A stretch of 64,000 nucleotides of DNA, taken from assembly GCA_045613065.1 (NCBI GenBank), contig JAZLAH010000044.1, positions 55 to 64,054 of the forward strand, read 5' to 3'. The position numbers and the translations under genes were made by a program. Positions 27,163 through 37,274 of the stretch are shown here, piece after piece. Below the pieces are notes generated by a model that was not told the DNA's origin, ran no database searches, and saw only the letters and a list, made by a program, of their open reading frames with translations. Numbering within the stretch: position 1 is the first letter of the stretch; each line of letters starts with the position of its first letter. The stretch is from Candidatus Fimenecus sp. (GTDB lineage Bacteria; Bacillota; Clostridia; Oscillospirales; Acutalibacteraceae).

Positions 27163-28137
27163 TTAGTATGTAATTGAATAATCTTTTATAAATGTAATAC
27201 TTGCACCGACATTATGAGTACCAAGCAAATTCACAACAACGTTCATTGTTAACGGAGTTGAATAAACAGCGTGAACCATTCTACCTGTTGCCTTATCGAT
27301 AGTTGCTGTAACTTCGCAATTGTAATAGGTTGCTGAAAACTCTTCAAGGAATGATGGTGCTTTTTCAGCGAGTTCTCCCGCTTCAATAACATCACAAACT
27401 GAACCTACACCTGAACCTGCTTTAGGATTTTTTTCATCCTTAAGTTTAAAATAAATTACATATTCTTTGCCGTTATCCTTACACTCTGCCTTTACCACAT
27501 CACTTGCTTTAAGGCAACTTGCATAATCCTGACCAGGAACAATGAAGTTTTCACGGATTTCTTCTTTTGTTGCATAAGTAATTGGTTCAGTATCATCTGC
27601 CATAACTTCGTTTATAAATGTGCCTGACATTGATTCAAGAGCTTTTGGAACAACCAAATCATCAACATTTCTCTTTTCATAGTTTTTAACTACTTTTGTT
27701 GCCTCTGTTTTTACTTTATTTGCACATTTATTAAAATATGCAACCAATTCTTCGGTTGAACCGAATGCACTTTCCTGATTTTTATTTTCGTCAAGTGTTT
27801 CTTCATTATCTGATGGATTAACAGAAATTTCCACATCTGTAGAAGCATCAACTCCACCCACAGTTGATTCCGCTGAATCGCCAATAACAGGTGATGACTC
27901 ATCAACAAATCCGGAATCACTGTTTACACTCTGTTGAACATCAGAATTTACAATTACATTATTTCCTTTAACCTTTCCTGCAAAAGTGTGTGCTGTTGAA
28001 ACAACACTAAACGCAATAACAATAGAAAGTAAAACTGCAAGTACAGAAACGAAAGCATTTGAAAAGTTTTCAGCCTTTAATGCCTTCTTATCCATTTTTT
28101 CCTTGTATTCTTCAGGAGTTAATTGTTTTTTAGCCAT
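27163..28137 (-). CDS. Hypothetical type II membrane-anchored extracellular protein
   Basis: Start set at MAKKQL (GAGGAAGG RBS). Charged N-terminus, one TM (FVSVLAVLLSIVIAFSVV), acidic Ser/Asp-rich linker and a ~200-aa C-terminal domain with no recognised family. Confidence 0.55.
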   Translation of the reverse strand: MAKKQLTPEEYKEKMDKKALKAENFSNAFVSVLAVLLSIVIAFSVVSTAHTFAGKVKGNNVIVNSDVQQSVNSDSGFVDESSPVIGDSAESTVGGVDASTDVEISVNPSDNEETLDENKNQESAFGSTEELVAYFNKCANKVKTEATKVVKNYEKRNVDDLVVPKALESMSGTFINEVMADDTEPITYATKEEIRENFIVPGQDYASCLKASDVVKAECKDNGKEYVIYFKLKDEKNPKAGSGVGSVCDVIEAGELAEKAPSFLEEFSATYYNCEVTATIDKATGRMVHAVYSTPLTMNVVVNLLGTHNVGASITFIKDYSITY

Positions 28138-28215
28138 TATCCTTCCTCTTTTCCCTAACATTAATTATAAGAAGATTATATCACATCAAATATTTGTTGA
28201 CAATTATACATAATA

Positions 28216-28255
28216 AACAATAAAAAGCAGAGGAAATTGTAACAATCTCCTCTGC
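28216..28255 (-). terminator. Minus-strand terminator after the DUF2804-like gene
   Basis: GCAGAGGA-GATTGTTACAATT-TCCTCTGC followed by TTTTTATTGTT on the minus strand. Confidence 0.75.
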
Positions 28256-28262
28256 ATAAATA

Positions 28263-29351
28263 TTACCATCTATTTTCTACATATTCGCAAAATGCGTACA
28301 TATCCTTGATTTCAAGTTTTGTTCCGTCATCAAGAGTAACATCACCACTCCAAAGACCATGAACCTGATGTGAGTGCATTCTACCGATTTTAAGGTCAAG
28401 GTCAGAATGATGGTCATAGAATGGTTTCATAGTAAGATTAAATCTTCCATCCTCAGAAACAAATTTCCAAGGTTCCATATATTTATCGTCCTTAGGGAAA
28501 GTTTCAACGTCAACAGCACCGAATTTATGTACTTTTCCGTCATAGAAAATAGCTGTTTCAGTTGCATTGCTCTCGTTACCGATAGCCCATGTAATTTCAA
28601 AACCGAAAAGATGCTTTTCTCCATTTTCATCTGTAAGATATGTAGAACCGTTACCCCAATACCATACCATTTCGTGGATTGTGTTAACACGTCCCCAGTC
28701 AAGGAAACCGAATGTATCATCCTTTGTGAATGTATATGTATCATTGCCGATTCTCATTGTACCCTCACATGGCATACAGTTCTGTTTAGTTGTCATGAAA
28801 TATCTTGTTGGGTCTTCGTCAAATGGGAGAACAGTTGTGATATTTTCAAGACCAGGCATAATATCCATTTGGAAATTACACTCAACAACGCCTCTATCCT
28901 TTGTTGCACATCTGAACCAGAGTGTTCTTTCTGTTTCCTTTGTATCGAAATCGAAATCAGCACCACTGATACTATCTCTGTAACGATTAGGAACGTCACC
29001 TTTTGCAGGTGGAACATGTTTGCTGCCACCCAAGAAGAATTTAGTACAATCGATAATCTGTTTGCCATTCACAAGGTCAATAAGCTTTGCACCAACATAA
29101 CCACCGATGTTAATGTTTGCAAAACTTAACTGAACCATATATTTACCGTTTGACACCTGATAAAAGTCCCATTCCTTACGGCTCATAACACCTGTTTTAA
29201 CAAGATTACGGTCGTACTCGAAAACATTGTGTCTTGCCCAGCCTTTGGCATTAAGTGTACCATTAGCATTGAGAAGTGGTGTGCTTTCTGTGTATTCAGT
29301 CTGTTTTGATTTTTCTTTCCAGTCCCAAAATGGAACATAGGTTCTTTCCAT
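28263..29351 (-). CDS. DUF2804-like protein
   Basis: About 362 aa. KEWDFYQV near the N-terminus and Trp-rich blocks recalled for DUF2804. Start chosen at MERTY, after GGGAGAG; alternative upstream starts run to 29378. Confidence 0.55.
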   Translation of the reverse strand: MERTYVPFWDWKEKSKQTEYTESTPLLNANGTLNAKGWARHNVFEYDRNLVKTGVMSRKEWDFYQVSNGKYMVQLSFANINIGGYVGAKLIDLVNGKQIIDCTKFFLGGSKHVPPAKGDVPNRYRDSISGADFDFDTKETERTLWFRCATKDRGVVECNFQMDIMPGLENITTVLPFDEDPTRYFMTTKQNCMPCEGTMRIGNDTYTFTKDDTFGFLDWGRVNTIHEMVWYWGNGSTYLTDENGEKHLFGFEITWAIGNESNATETAIFYDGKVHKFGAVDVETFPKDDKYMEPWKFVSEDGRFNLTMKPFYDHHSDLDLKIGRMHSHQVHGLWSGDVTLDDGTKLEIKDMYAFCEYVENRW

Positions 29352-29434
29352 TTTCATCTCTCCCATAAAAATTTCCACTTTAAAGTAATTATACTAACTT
29401 ATTTCCCCATTTGCAATACTTATACAGATTTTTT

Positions 29435-29863
29435 TCAATTATTTGCATAAAAATACATATCATATCCACCAACCGTTATGGGCAGAGTCAATTCTTTTGT
29501 TCCATCAGCAAAAGTAGTGTACGCAACAGTTGCATATCCTTCTTCACCTTTTATTATGATTTTATAGTCACCTGAGTTTTCAGTAACATACATTTCCTCA
29601 TAAGCACCCAGATATGTTTCATTCTTCGTTTTATCCTCGATGACAATTTCACCATCTTTGGCAGTAAGCACAACATCAACCACTTCCGCATCCGGATATG
29701 TCTCATTCTTTTCATCAACTGCCACTACAATATTCTCTTCATTTAAGTTTGCTGCTGTACGAAGTTGCCACTCATAGCCCTCGATTTCCAACTCACTGTT
29801 TCCACAAGAAGTGAATATCATAGCCAGAATACATATGAACAACACTGGAATTAATTTTTTCAT
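29435..29863 (-). CDS. Small lipoprotein, unknown function
   Basis: MKKLIPVLFICILAMIFTSCGN, i.e. a signal peptide with a lipobox Cys. Confidence 0.65.
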   Translation of the reverse strand: MKKLIPVLFICILAMIFTSCGNSELEIEGYEWQLRTAANLNEENIVVAVDEKNETYPDAEVVDVVLTAKDGEIVIEDKTKNETYLGAYEEMYVTENSGDYKIIIKGEEGYATVAYTTFADGTKELTLPITVGGYDMYFYANN

Positions 29864-29867
29864 TTTT

Positions 29868-30827
29868 TTACCTCTCAAACGGATATACAAGATTCATCTG
29901 ACGACGACACTCGTCCATAATTTTCATACACTCTCTTGTTGCTTCAAAAGGAATATATGACGACTCTTTTTTGCCGTTTCTTATTTCTTCTGCAACACAA
30001 TTAAATTCAGTAAGATAGTCAGTTTTACCTCTGAAAACTTCTCTTTTAAGCCCTTTTTTGAGAATTGCTTTTGATGCCATATGAAAGAATACAGGTAAAT
30101 TTATATTACCTTTTGTACCTATAATTTTACAATTCTCTTTAAGTTTACAAAGTGACATATTAAGTGTGCATTTGAAACTACCATAATCAAGAACCACAGT
30201 TTCCGAGATATCAATACCATCTTTAATTTCACCATCACATTTTATTCCTTTTGGTACACCAAAAAGATTGTAACAATATGTAATCGGATAAATACCAATA
30301 TCAAGAAGTGCACCACCTGCTGTTTCAGGCATCAAAACTCTTGAATCCTTCGACATCCTGATACCTGGAAATGCATAGTTAATGACAACATCTTTAATCT
30401 CACCTATTTCACCACTCTGCACCCATTCTTTCACCTTAAGTGCAACAGGTGAAAACCAAGTCCACATAGCTTCACAGAAATATGTATTAGTTTCTTTTGC
30501 AGTATTTATAAGTATATCAACATCTTTTACTGACACACCAACAGGCTTTTCACATAACACGGCTTTACCCAATTTCATAGCTTTTACTGCATACTCAATA
30601 TGAGAAGTATGAGGTGTTGCAATATAAACGCCCTCAACGTCATCACGATTTACTGCACTTTCAAAGTCTTTATACGCCACAGCACTATATTTATCTGCAA
30701 ATCTCTTTGCTTTCCCGAAAGTACGGCTATATACTGACACTATTTTATGATTACCCTTTGAAATATTCATTGCAGTACTTTTTGCTATACTGCCACTACC
30801 TATATATGCCCATCTGAAATCCACCAT
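29868..30827 (-). CDS. Gfo/Idh/MocA family NAD(P)-dependent oxidoreductase
   Basis: Rossmann N-terminus WAYIGSGSIA and the LCEKP motif. Confidence 0.85.
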   Translation of the reverse strand: MVDFRWAYIGSGSIAKSTAMNISKGNHKIVSVYSRTFGKAKRFADKYSAVAYKDFESAVNRDDVEGVYIATPHTSHIEYAVKAMKLGKAVLCEKPVGVSVKDVDILINTAKETNTYFCEAMWTWFSPVALKVKEWVQSGEIGEIKDVVINYAFPGIRMSKDSRVLMPETAGGALLDIGIYPITYCYNLFGVPKGIKCDGEIKDGIDISETVVLDYGSFKCTLNMSLCKLKENCKIIGTKGNINLPVFFHMASKAILKKGLKREVFRGKTDYLTEFNCVAEEIRNGKKESSYIPFEATRECMKIMDECRRQMNLVYPFER

Positions 30828-30840
30828 TTTCAGCTCCCCT

Positions 30841-31272
30841 TTAGGTAAAATCCACTTTTTGTGGAAAAATCCTGCTTTCTATTTCCAATATATCGTCAAC
30901 CTGAACTTCGGTATTATCTGTAAAACAAATAACTCTATTAAGATAATCGTATTTCTTTACTTTCCCCACAAAATCAACATACATTCCACCATTTTTCAAA
31001 CTATCTGGAATAAAATATGTTACTGTAATTTCGGGTTGGTCGTAAATATGCTCCATAATAAAATTGAATTTTTCATTGAGCATCGTTTTCGTTGTTTCAT
31101 CCAACTCAATTTTTTTATCGGTAAGTCTTGCTGTTTCTTTAATCGCCTCATCATGTCCTGTCAATGCTGCAAAAGGAGAAAATTGTGCAGCACGGTCGTG
31201 AGCCGACATAAAAGGTCTTTTCTTTGACCTATAATGAGGAAGATTTATAATATCGTTATATCTGTCGTCCAT
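30841..31272 (-). CDS. YolD-like protein (accessory factor of Y-family polymerases)
   Basis: RPFMSAHDRAAQFSPFAALTGHDE block typical of the YolD family. Same operon as the Y-family polymerase. Confidence 0.8.
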   Translation of the reverse strand: MDDRYNDIINLPHYRSKKRPFMSAHDRAAQFSPFAALTGHDEAIKETARLTDKKIELDETTKTMLNEKFNFIMEHIYDQPEITVTYFIPDSLKNGGMYVDFVGKVKKYDYLNRVICFTDNTEVQVDDILEIESRIFPQKVDFT

Positions 31273-31283
31273 TTCTCTATCCT

Positions 31284-31766
31284 TTATAAATTAAGTTTCA
31301 TATAAATCGTATTATCTAACGGGCTATCATTGTAGCATCCAATTTCATAAAACCCAATTTTCTTATACATATTTATTGCTGTTGTTAAAAAAGGTAATGT
31401 ATCAAGCAGCATACTGCTATAACCTATCTCTCTTGCATCAGAAATAACCTTCTCAACAAGGATTTTTGCAATTCCCCTATTTCTGAATTGACTTTTCACA
31501 TAAAGCCTTTTCATTTCGCATTGTGTATTATTAAGTTTTCTCAATGCAATACATCCTGCAATCTGATTTTCAAAATATGCCACATAAAGTCTGCCATAGG
31601 GCAAGCCATATTTTTCTTCTAAATTCTCTACTTCATGGCCATATTTTTGAATTTCAAGATACTTTTTAAATTTGCTATCTCCTGAAACAAGGAAATCAGT
31701 GTATTCAGTAAACAAAGCTTTAACTTCATTTTTCAATTCATATCCATATACAATTTTCACACTCAT
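31284..31766 (-). CDS. GNAT family N-acetyltransferase
   Basis: Acetyl-CoA motif RNRGIAKIL. Start set at ATG 31766 (MSVKIVYGY), 1 nt after the polymerase stop codon. Confidence 0.8.
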   Translation of the reverse strand: MSVKIVYGYELKNEVKALFTEYTDFLVSGDSKFKKYLEIQKYGHEVENLEEKYGLPYGRLYVAYFENQIAGCIALRKLNNTQCEMKRLYVKSQFRNRGIAKILVEKVISDAREIGYSSMLLDTLPFLTTAINMYKKIGFYEIGCYNDSPLDNTIYMKLNL

Positions 31767-31767
31767 T

Positions 31768-33270
31768 TTATGCTTTGTGACCACCAATCTGTCTGTTTCT
31801 GTCTTTTGCTGTTGCACCTTCTTCAAGATTCATGCCTTTAAGAATTGCATTTTTTCCGTATTTCTTTTTTATCTCTATAACAGCCTGTTGCATACGCTTT
31901 TCTTTTTGGAGATTTTCTTCTTCCTTCTGCCTTCTTTTTTCCAAAGTCTCATAATCAGTAAACAAATCAAGTTGTTCAGGCATTTTTTCCTGTACGTCAC
32001 TTTCTCTTGCAAGTTTACAAACTGCTATAGTTATTCTTCGTACCAACAAACTTTTATTTACAATTTTATCAAACAGTTCCATAGTTGCATCCACAATCAG
32101 TTTTGAGGATGATGTCTGTCGTGTAAGATTCCATGTCCCGTGAGCATATTTTGGAACTTGTCTGCCATAATGGTCAGTGATAATTTCACCTTTATACGTA
32201 CTTCTTATGGTGTCATTTGTAAGATTTTCAATATCATATCCTACCGTCAGCACTATTTGATTTGTCACAAGTCCCTTTTCAACAAGGTCAAGGACAAGAA
32301 GCTCTGTCATTTCTCTTGTTACAAGCTTTGCTTTATTGAAATAATATGGAGTCTGAAGCACTTGACCTGAACTCAAACTGTTTGTTGATGGTTTGTATGC
32401 TTTAACATCTGCTATTGTACAAGGCTCCCAACCCCATGCATGGTCAATAAGCAATTCCGCATTGATACCAAATAATTTATACAAGAAATCCTCATCAAAT
32501 ATGGAATATCGGGCAACATCTCCCATTGTGTATATTCCGTATCTTTCAAGTTTGGTTGCATAGCCCTTGCCAACTCTCCAGAAATCTGTAAGTGGTTTAT
32601 GTGACCATAGTTTCTCACGATAACTCATCTCGTCAAGTTCTGCAATTCGTACACCATCTTTATCAGCAGGAATATGCTTTGCCACAATATCCATAGCAAT
32701 TTTAGCAAGATACATATTGGTTCCGATTCCTGCAGTAGCAACAATCCCTGTTTCTTTAAGCACTTCCTGAATAAGCATTCTTGCAAAATCGTGTGCAGTC
32801 ATCTTATATGTTGCAAGATAATGAGTTATATCAATAAAAACTTCGTCAATGGAATAAACATGAATATCTTCCGGAGCTATATATTTCAAATACACGTTAT
32901 ATATGCGTGTACTGTACTCCATATAATATGCCATACGAGGTGGAGCAACAATATAGTCAAATTCTAATGATGGATTACTTTCAATTTCAACAAAATTTGA
33001 TGATGCACCTGTAAACTTTTTTCCAGGTGCATTTCTTCGTCTTTGGTTATTAATCTCATTCACCTTTTGCACGACTTCAAAAAGTCTTGCTCTGCCTGAA
33101 ACACCATAAGATTTAAGAGATGGTGTCACAGCAAGACAAACAGTCTTTTCTGTACGACTTTTATCTGCCACAACAAGATTTGTGGTTAATGGATTAAGTC
33201 CTCTTTCAATACACTCGACCGAGGCATAAAACGACTTTAAATCTATGCAAAGATATCTATGTTCTGTCAA
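31768..33270 (-). CDS. Y-family (translesion) DNA polymerase, UvrX/YqjW-like
   Basis: CIDLKSFYASVEC, SIDEVFIDIT, and a long C-terminal extension with a K/E-rich tail. TTG start per the ORF track. Confidence 0.9.
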   Translation of the reverse strand: MTEHRYLCIDLKSFYASVECIERGLNPLTTNLVVADKSRTEKTVCLAVTPSLKSYGVSGRARLFEVVQKVNEINNQRRRNAPGKKFTGASSNFVEIESNPSLEFDYIVAPPRMAYYMEYSTRIYNVYLKYIAPEDIHVYSIDEVFIDITHYLATYKMTAHDFARMLIQEVLKETGIVATAGIGTNMYLAKIAMDIVAKHIPADKDGVRIAELDEMSYREKLWSHKPLTDFWRVGKGYATKLERYGIYTMGDVARYSIFDEDFLYKLFGINAELLIDHAWGWEPCTIADVKAYKPSTNSLSSGQVLQTPYYFNKAKLVTREMTELLVLDLVEKGLVTNQIVLTVGYDIENLTNDTIRSTYKGEIITDHYGRQVPKYAHGTWNLTRQTSSSKLIVDATMELFDKIVNKSLLVRRITIAVCKLARESDVQEKMPEQLDLFTDYETLEKRRQKEEENLQKEKRMQQAVIEIKKKYGKNAILKGMNLEEGATAKDRNRQIGGHKA

Positions 33271-33405
33271 TTACCTCAGTCCTCTCGTTTAAATGCATCT
33301 ATATCATATAACAATACCATATTATTTTCAATTATTTTTGTTGTTTTTGTCTTTACAAATTAAAAAAAATAGCATATAATTGTTTTAATTTATTAAAGTG
33401 AAAGG

Positions 33406-34863
33406 ATGGGTTCAATTATGGATAAGGGACTCAAAAAGCAATACGGCCTTTTAATGGCTATCTGCATGGTTGTAGGTACTGTTGTAGGCTCAGGTGTTTT
33501 CTTTAAAGCTCAGGCAATTCTTCAAAAGACAAATGGTGATATGCCAATGGGTATCATCGCATGGATTATCGGTGGCGCAGTTATGATTTGCTGTGTTCTC
33601 GCTTTCTGTGTTATGGCTCAGCAGTATGAAAAAGTTAACGGTCTTGTTGACTATGCTGAAGCAACAATCGGTAATAGGTATGCATACTTTATGGGTTGGT
33701 TTGCTACAACTATTTACACTCCTGCAATGACATCAGTTCTTGCATGGCTTACTGCAAGATATTTCCTTACATTCTTAGTTTCTGTAAATCCTGATTTACA
33801 GCTTGCAGGTGACCCTGTAACAGGTTCTGAAACATTCCTTCTTGCAGGTTTCATCCTTATCTGTGTTTTCGCTATAAACACACTTTCATCAAAGCTTGCA
33901 GGTAAACTCCAGATTAGTGCTACATTCATTAAGCTTATTCCACTTCTCTTAATGGCAGTTGTTGGTACAATTTATGGTCTTTCACACGATATGACAGGTG
34001 CTCCTGTTGATGCAGGCACATCAATGCTTTCATCAAACTTTGCAACAGGCACAGGTAACTATTCAGTTCTTTTTGGTGCTGTTGTTGCTACTGCATTCGC
34101 TTATGAAGGCTGGATTCTTGCTACATCAATCAACTCAGAAATCAAAGATTCTAAAAAGAATCTTCCTATCGCTCTTGTATTAGGTGGTATCATCATTATT
34201 GCAATCTACCTCTTCTACTACATCGGTATTGCTGGTGGTGCTCCTGTTTCAACTCTTATGGAAAGTGGTACAACAACTGCTTTCACAACTGTTTTCGGTA
34301 ATGTTCTTGGTAACATTCTTAACCTCTTCGTTGCTGTTTCTTGTCTTGGTACACTTAATGGTCTTCTTATCGGTTGTATCCGTGGTATGTACTCAATTTC
34401 AGTTCGTGGCTATGGTCCAAAAGTTGACCTTATGAAACAGGTTGACCCTGCATCTGGTATGCCATCAAACTCATGTATCATCGGTCTTGTAATCGTTGCC
34501 GGATGGCTCGTTTACTTCTATGGTGCAAATCTTACAGCAACTCCTTGGTTCGGTAAATTCAGCTTTGACTCATCAGAGCTTCCAATCATCACAATCTATG
34601 CGCTTTACATTCCAATGTTCATCCAGTTTATGAGAAAAGAAAAGAACCTTCCTCCACTTAAGAGATTCGTTCTTCCTTCACTTGGAGTTATCGGTTCTGC
34701 ATTTATGGTATTTGCTGCTTTCTATTCACATGGTTATATGCCTTATCTTGCAGCAAAAGAAAATGGCGAATTCTCATGTCCTGTTCTTTTCTACCTTATC
34801 GTATTTGCAGTAATTATGGCAATCGGTATGCTCGCAATGAACCCAAAGAAAAAGGCAAAATAA
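33406..34863 (+). CDS. APC superfamily amino acid permease
   Basis: About 12 TM. N-terminal motif GLLMAICMVVGTVVGSGVFFKA. Confidence 0.85.
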   Translation: MGSIMDKGLKKQYGLLMAICMVVGTVVGSGVFFKAQAILQKTNGDMPMGIIAWIIGGAVMICCVLAFCVMAQQYEKVNGLVDYAEATIGNRYAYFMGWFATTIYTPAMTSVLAWLTARYFLTFLVSVNPDLQLAGDPVTGSETFLLAGFILICVFAINTLSSKLAGKLQISATFIKLIPLLLMAVVGTIYGLSHDMTGAPVDAGTSMLSSNFATGTGNYSVLFGAVVATAFAYEGWILATSINSEIKDSKKNLPIALVLGGIIIIAIYLFYYIGIAGGAPVSTLMESGTTTAFTTVFGNVLGNILNLFVAVSCLGTLNGLLIGCIRGMYSISVRGYGPKVDLMKQVDPASGMPSNSCIIGLVIVAGWLVYFYGANLTATPWFGKFSFDSSELPIITIYALYIPMFIQFMRKEKNLPPLKRFVLPSLGVIGSAFMVFAAFYSHGYMPYLAAKENGEFSCPVLFYLIVFAVIMAIGMLAMNPKKKAK

Positions 34864-34881
34864 AAACCAACAATAACAAAC

Positions 34882-34922
34882 AACACCCTGTTAAGGAAAA
34901 ACCTTACAGGGTGTTTTCTTTT
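34882..34922 (+). terminator. Rho-independent terminator
   Basis: AACACCCTGTTAAGG-AAAA-ACCTTACAGGGTGTT followed by TTCTTTT. Confidence 0.85.
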
Positions 34923-34930
34923 GCATATTC

Positions 34931-34959
34931 TTGAAATGTTGTGCTTATTGTTATATAAT
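34931..34959 (+). promoter_or_regulatory. Sigma-70-type promoter of cysK
   Basis: TTGAAA, 17-nt spacer, TATAAT. Confidence 0.55.
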
Positions 34960-34988
34960 AATATCAGTTTTAATAGGAGGTAGTTTCA

Positions 34989-35912
34989 ATGAATATTTAC
35001 CATAGTGTTTCTGAGTTAATCGGCAGAACGCCACTTCTCCAATTATCAAATTTAGAAAAAGAACTTAACCTTAAAGGAAAGCTTGTTGCTAAACTCGAGT
35101 ATTTCAATCCTGCAGGAAGTGTTAAAGACCGAGTTGCTTTACAAATGATAGAAGAAGCTGAAGAAAAAGGTCTTTTAAAGGAAGGTTCAGTTATTATCGA
35201 ACCTACAAGTGGCAATACCGGCATTGGTCTTGCTTCTGTTGCAGCTTCAAAGGGTTATCGTCTTATTATCACAATGCCCGAAACAATGTCCGAGGAACGC
35301 AGAAAGCTTATTGCTGCTTACGGTGCTGAACTTGTGCTTACAGATGGTATCAAAGGTATGAACGGTGCAATACAAAAAGCTGAAGAATTATCAAAGGAAA
35401 TCCCAGGAAGCATTGTTGCAGGACAATTTGTAAACCCTGCTAACCCACAGGCACATCGCAAAACAACGGGTCCTGAAATATGGGAAGACACAGACGGAAC
35501 AGTTGATATTTTCGTTGCAGGTGTTGGTACAGGTGGTACAATCACAGGTACAGGTGAGTATCTTAAATCAAAAAATGAAAATATTAAAGTTGTAGGAATT
35601 GAACCTTGTGACTCACCTGTTCTTTCAGGAGGAGACACAGGACCACATCCTTTGCAAGGTATTGGTGCAGGTTTCATTCCTGAAGTTTTAAATACAGACA
35701 TTATTGATGAAATCGTAACCATTTCAGGTGAACAGGCATTTGAAACATCACGTCTCCTTGCAAAAAAAGAAGGAATACTTGTCGGTATTTCATCAGGTGC
35801 AGCACTTCACGCAGCCATTGAACTGGCAAAAAAAGAAGAGAATACAAACAAGAATATTGTTGTACTTCTCCCTGATACTGGCGACAGATATTTGTCAACT
35901 GAATTATTCTGA
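34989..35912 (+). CDS. cysK: Cysteine synthase A (O-acetylserine sulfhydrylase)
   Basis: PLP-lysine motif [23 protein letters not shown]. Confidence 0.95.
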   Translation: MNIYHSVSELIGRTPLLQLSNLEKELNLKGKLVAKLEYFNPAGSVKDRVALQMIEEAEEKGLLKEGSVIIEPTSGNTGIGLASVAASKGYRLIITMPETMSEERRKLIAAYGAELVLTDGIKGMNGAIQKAEELSKEIPGSIVAGQFVNPANPQAHRKTTGPEIWEDTDGTVDIFVAGVGTGGTITGTGEYLKSKNENIKVVGIEPCDSPVLSGGDTGPHPLQGIGAGFIPEVLNTDIIDEIVTISGEQAFETSRLLAKKEGILVGISSGAALHAAIELAKKEENTNKNIVVLLPDTGDRYLSTELF

Positions 35913-35922
35913 CAAAAATATA

Positions 35923-35953
35923 AGAGTGAGGTTTGAACCTCACTCTATTTTTT
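35923..35953. terminator. Bidirectional terminator between convergent cysK and proC
   Basis: AGAGTGAGG-TTTGAA-CCTCACTCT, flanked by an A run and a T run. Confidence 0.8.
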
Positions 35954-36749
35954 ATAACTTTTTATCTTTGTCGAGAGATGCTTTTACAGCATCCATAACT
36001 GCTGTGTCAAATCCCTTGCTCTGGAGTTTTGCAACTCCCTCGATTGTTGTTCCACCAGGTGAACAAACGCTATTGATAAGTGCCCAAGGATTATTTTCCT
36101 TATCCTCAAGAATCATTTTTGCACTACCCAAAACAGCCTGTGCACAAATTTTTAGTGCTTCATCCTTTTTCATACCATTCTTTACAGCTTCACGAGCCAT
36201 TGAATCAATGAACATAAAGGAATAGGCAGGAGAGCAACCTGCTATAACACCAAACAAAGGAAACTGACTTTCAGGAAGTTCCATCACTTCACCAAAAGAC
36301 TTGCAAAGTCCTTTTACAAAATCAAGTGACTCATCATTGGCATTGTCATTTTTACAGACAGCACTCATTGATGCACCAACTTTTGCATTGATGTTAGGCA
36401 TTACACGAATAACTGATGTGCCATTTTCAAGGAAACTACCGATATATTCAAGTGTTTTTCCTGCACCGATTGAAACGACAACAGAATCCCTAACACTGTC
36501 CTTAACCTGTGGCAACACTGTTGGAAACACTTGTGGTTTAACTGCAAGAACAATGAATTCACAGTTTTCTGCAAGTTCCTCAACAGTTGACATAGTTTTC
36601 ACACCATATTCTTTATTGAGAAACTCTGCTTTTTGTGTATCAACATCAAAAACACAGATTTGGTCACCTTTGAGAAACTCTGAAGAAACGGCACCACCTA
36701 TAATTGCAGTTGCCATATTTGCACAGCCGATAAAACCAAGTTTATACAT
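35952..36749 (-). CDS. proC: Pyrroline-5-carboxylate reductase
   Basis: MYKLGFIGCANMATAIIGG Rossmann start and the C-terminal SPGGTT motif. Confidence 0.9.
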   Translation of the reverse strand: MYKLGFIGCANMATAIIGGAVSSEFLKGDQICVFDVDTQKAEFLNKEYGVKTMSTVEELAENCEFIVLAVKPQVFPTVLPQVKDSVRDSVVVSIGAGKTLEYIGSFLENGTSVIRVMPNINAKVGASMSAVCKNDNANDESLDFVKGLCKSFGEVMELPESQFPLFGVIAGCSPAYSFMFIDSMAREAVKNGMKKDEALKICAQAVLGSAKMILEDKENNPWALINSVCSPGGTTIEGVAKLQSKGFDTAVMDAVKASLDKDKKL

Positions 36750-36751
36750 AA

Positions 36752-37210
36752 TTATTCAACATCTGATGTACAGTGACAGCACTTTGTAGCATCAATTGCA
36801 ATTTCACTCTTGCAGAATGGACAAACTTTTGTTGTTGGAGATTCTTCTACAACAGGTTCTTCTTTAGCTGTCTTTGCTCTGAGACTATTGATACCCTTAA
36901 CAAGGCAGAAGATAACAAATGCAACAATGATGAAGTCAAGGATAACTGCGATAAAATTACCATATGTAAGAATTGCAGCACCTGCTTCTGTTGCTTCTTC
37001 GATAGATGCATAATCGCCACCATCAAGAGCAATGAACTTTGTAGTAAAGTCAGCACCCTTTAATGCAAGACCGATAAGAGGCATAATAATGTCGTTTACA
37101 AAAGAGTTGATGATTTTTTGGAATGCGCCACCGATAATAACGCCGACTGCAAGGTCAATCACGTTACCACGCATAGCGAATTCTTTAAATTCTTTGAAAA
37201 ATCCTTTCAT
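36752..37210 (-). CDS. mscL: Large-conductance mechanosensitive channel with C-terminal zinc-ribbon-like extension
   Basis: [25 protein letters not shown] is a canonical MscL N-terminus. The C-terminus is [20 protein letters not shown]. Confidence 0.9.
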   Translation of the reverse strand: MKGFFKEFKEFAMRGNVIDLAVGVIIGGAFQKIINSFVNDIIMPLIGLALKGADFTTKFIALDGGDYASIEEATEAGAAILTYGNFIAVILDFIIVAFVIFCLVKGINSLRAKTAKEEPVVEESPTTKVCPFCKSEIAIDATKCCHCTSDVE

Positions 37211-37274
37211 TTTTAAATCCTTCTTTCTTAAAAATTATATACTAATTATATCATTTTTTTTATGGATTTCAATA

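Noticed and set aside
28374-29129. 251-aa plus-strand ORF antisense to the DUF2804-like gene, plus nested ORFs 28427-28744, 28567-28983 and 28793-29068
   Set aside because: Cys/Phe/Ile-rich low-complexity translation with no RBS, fully embedded in a better-supported gene on the opposite strand.
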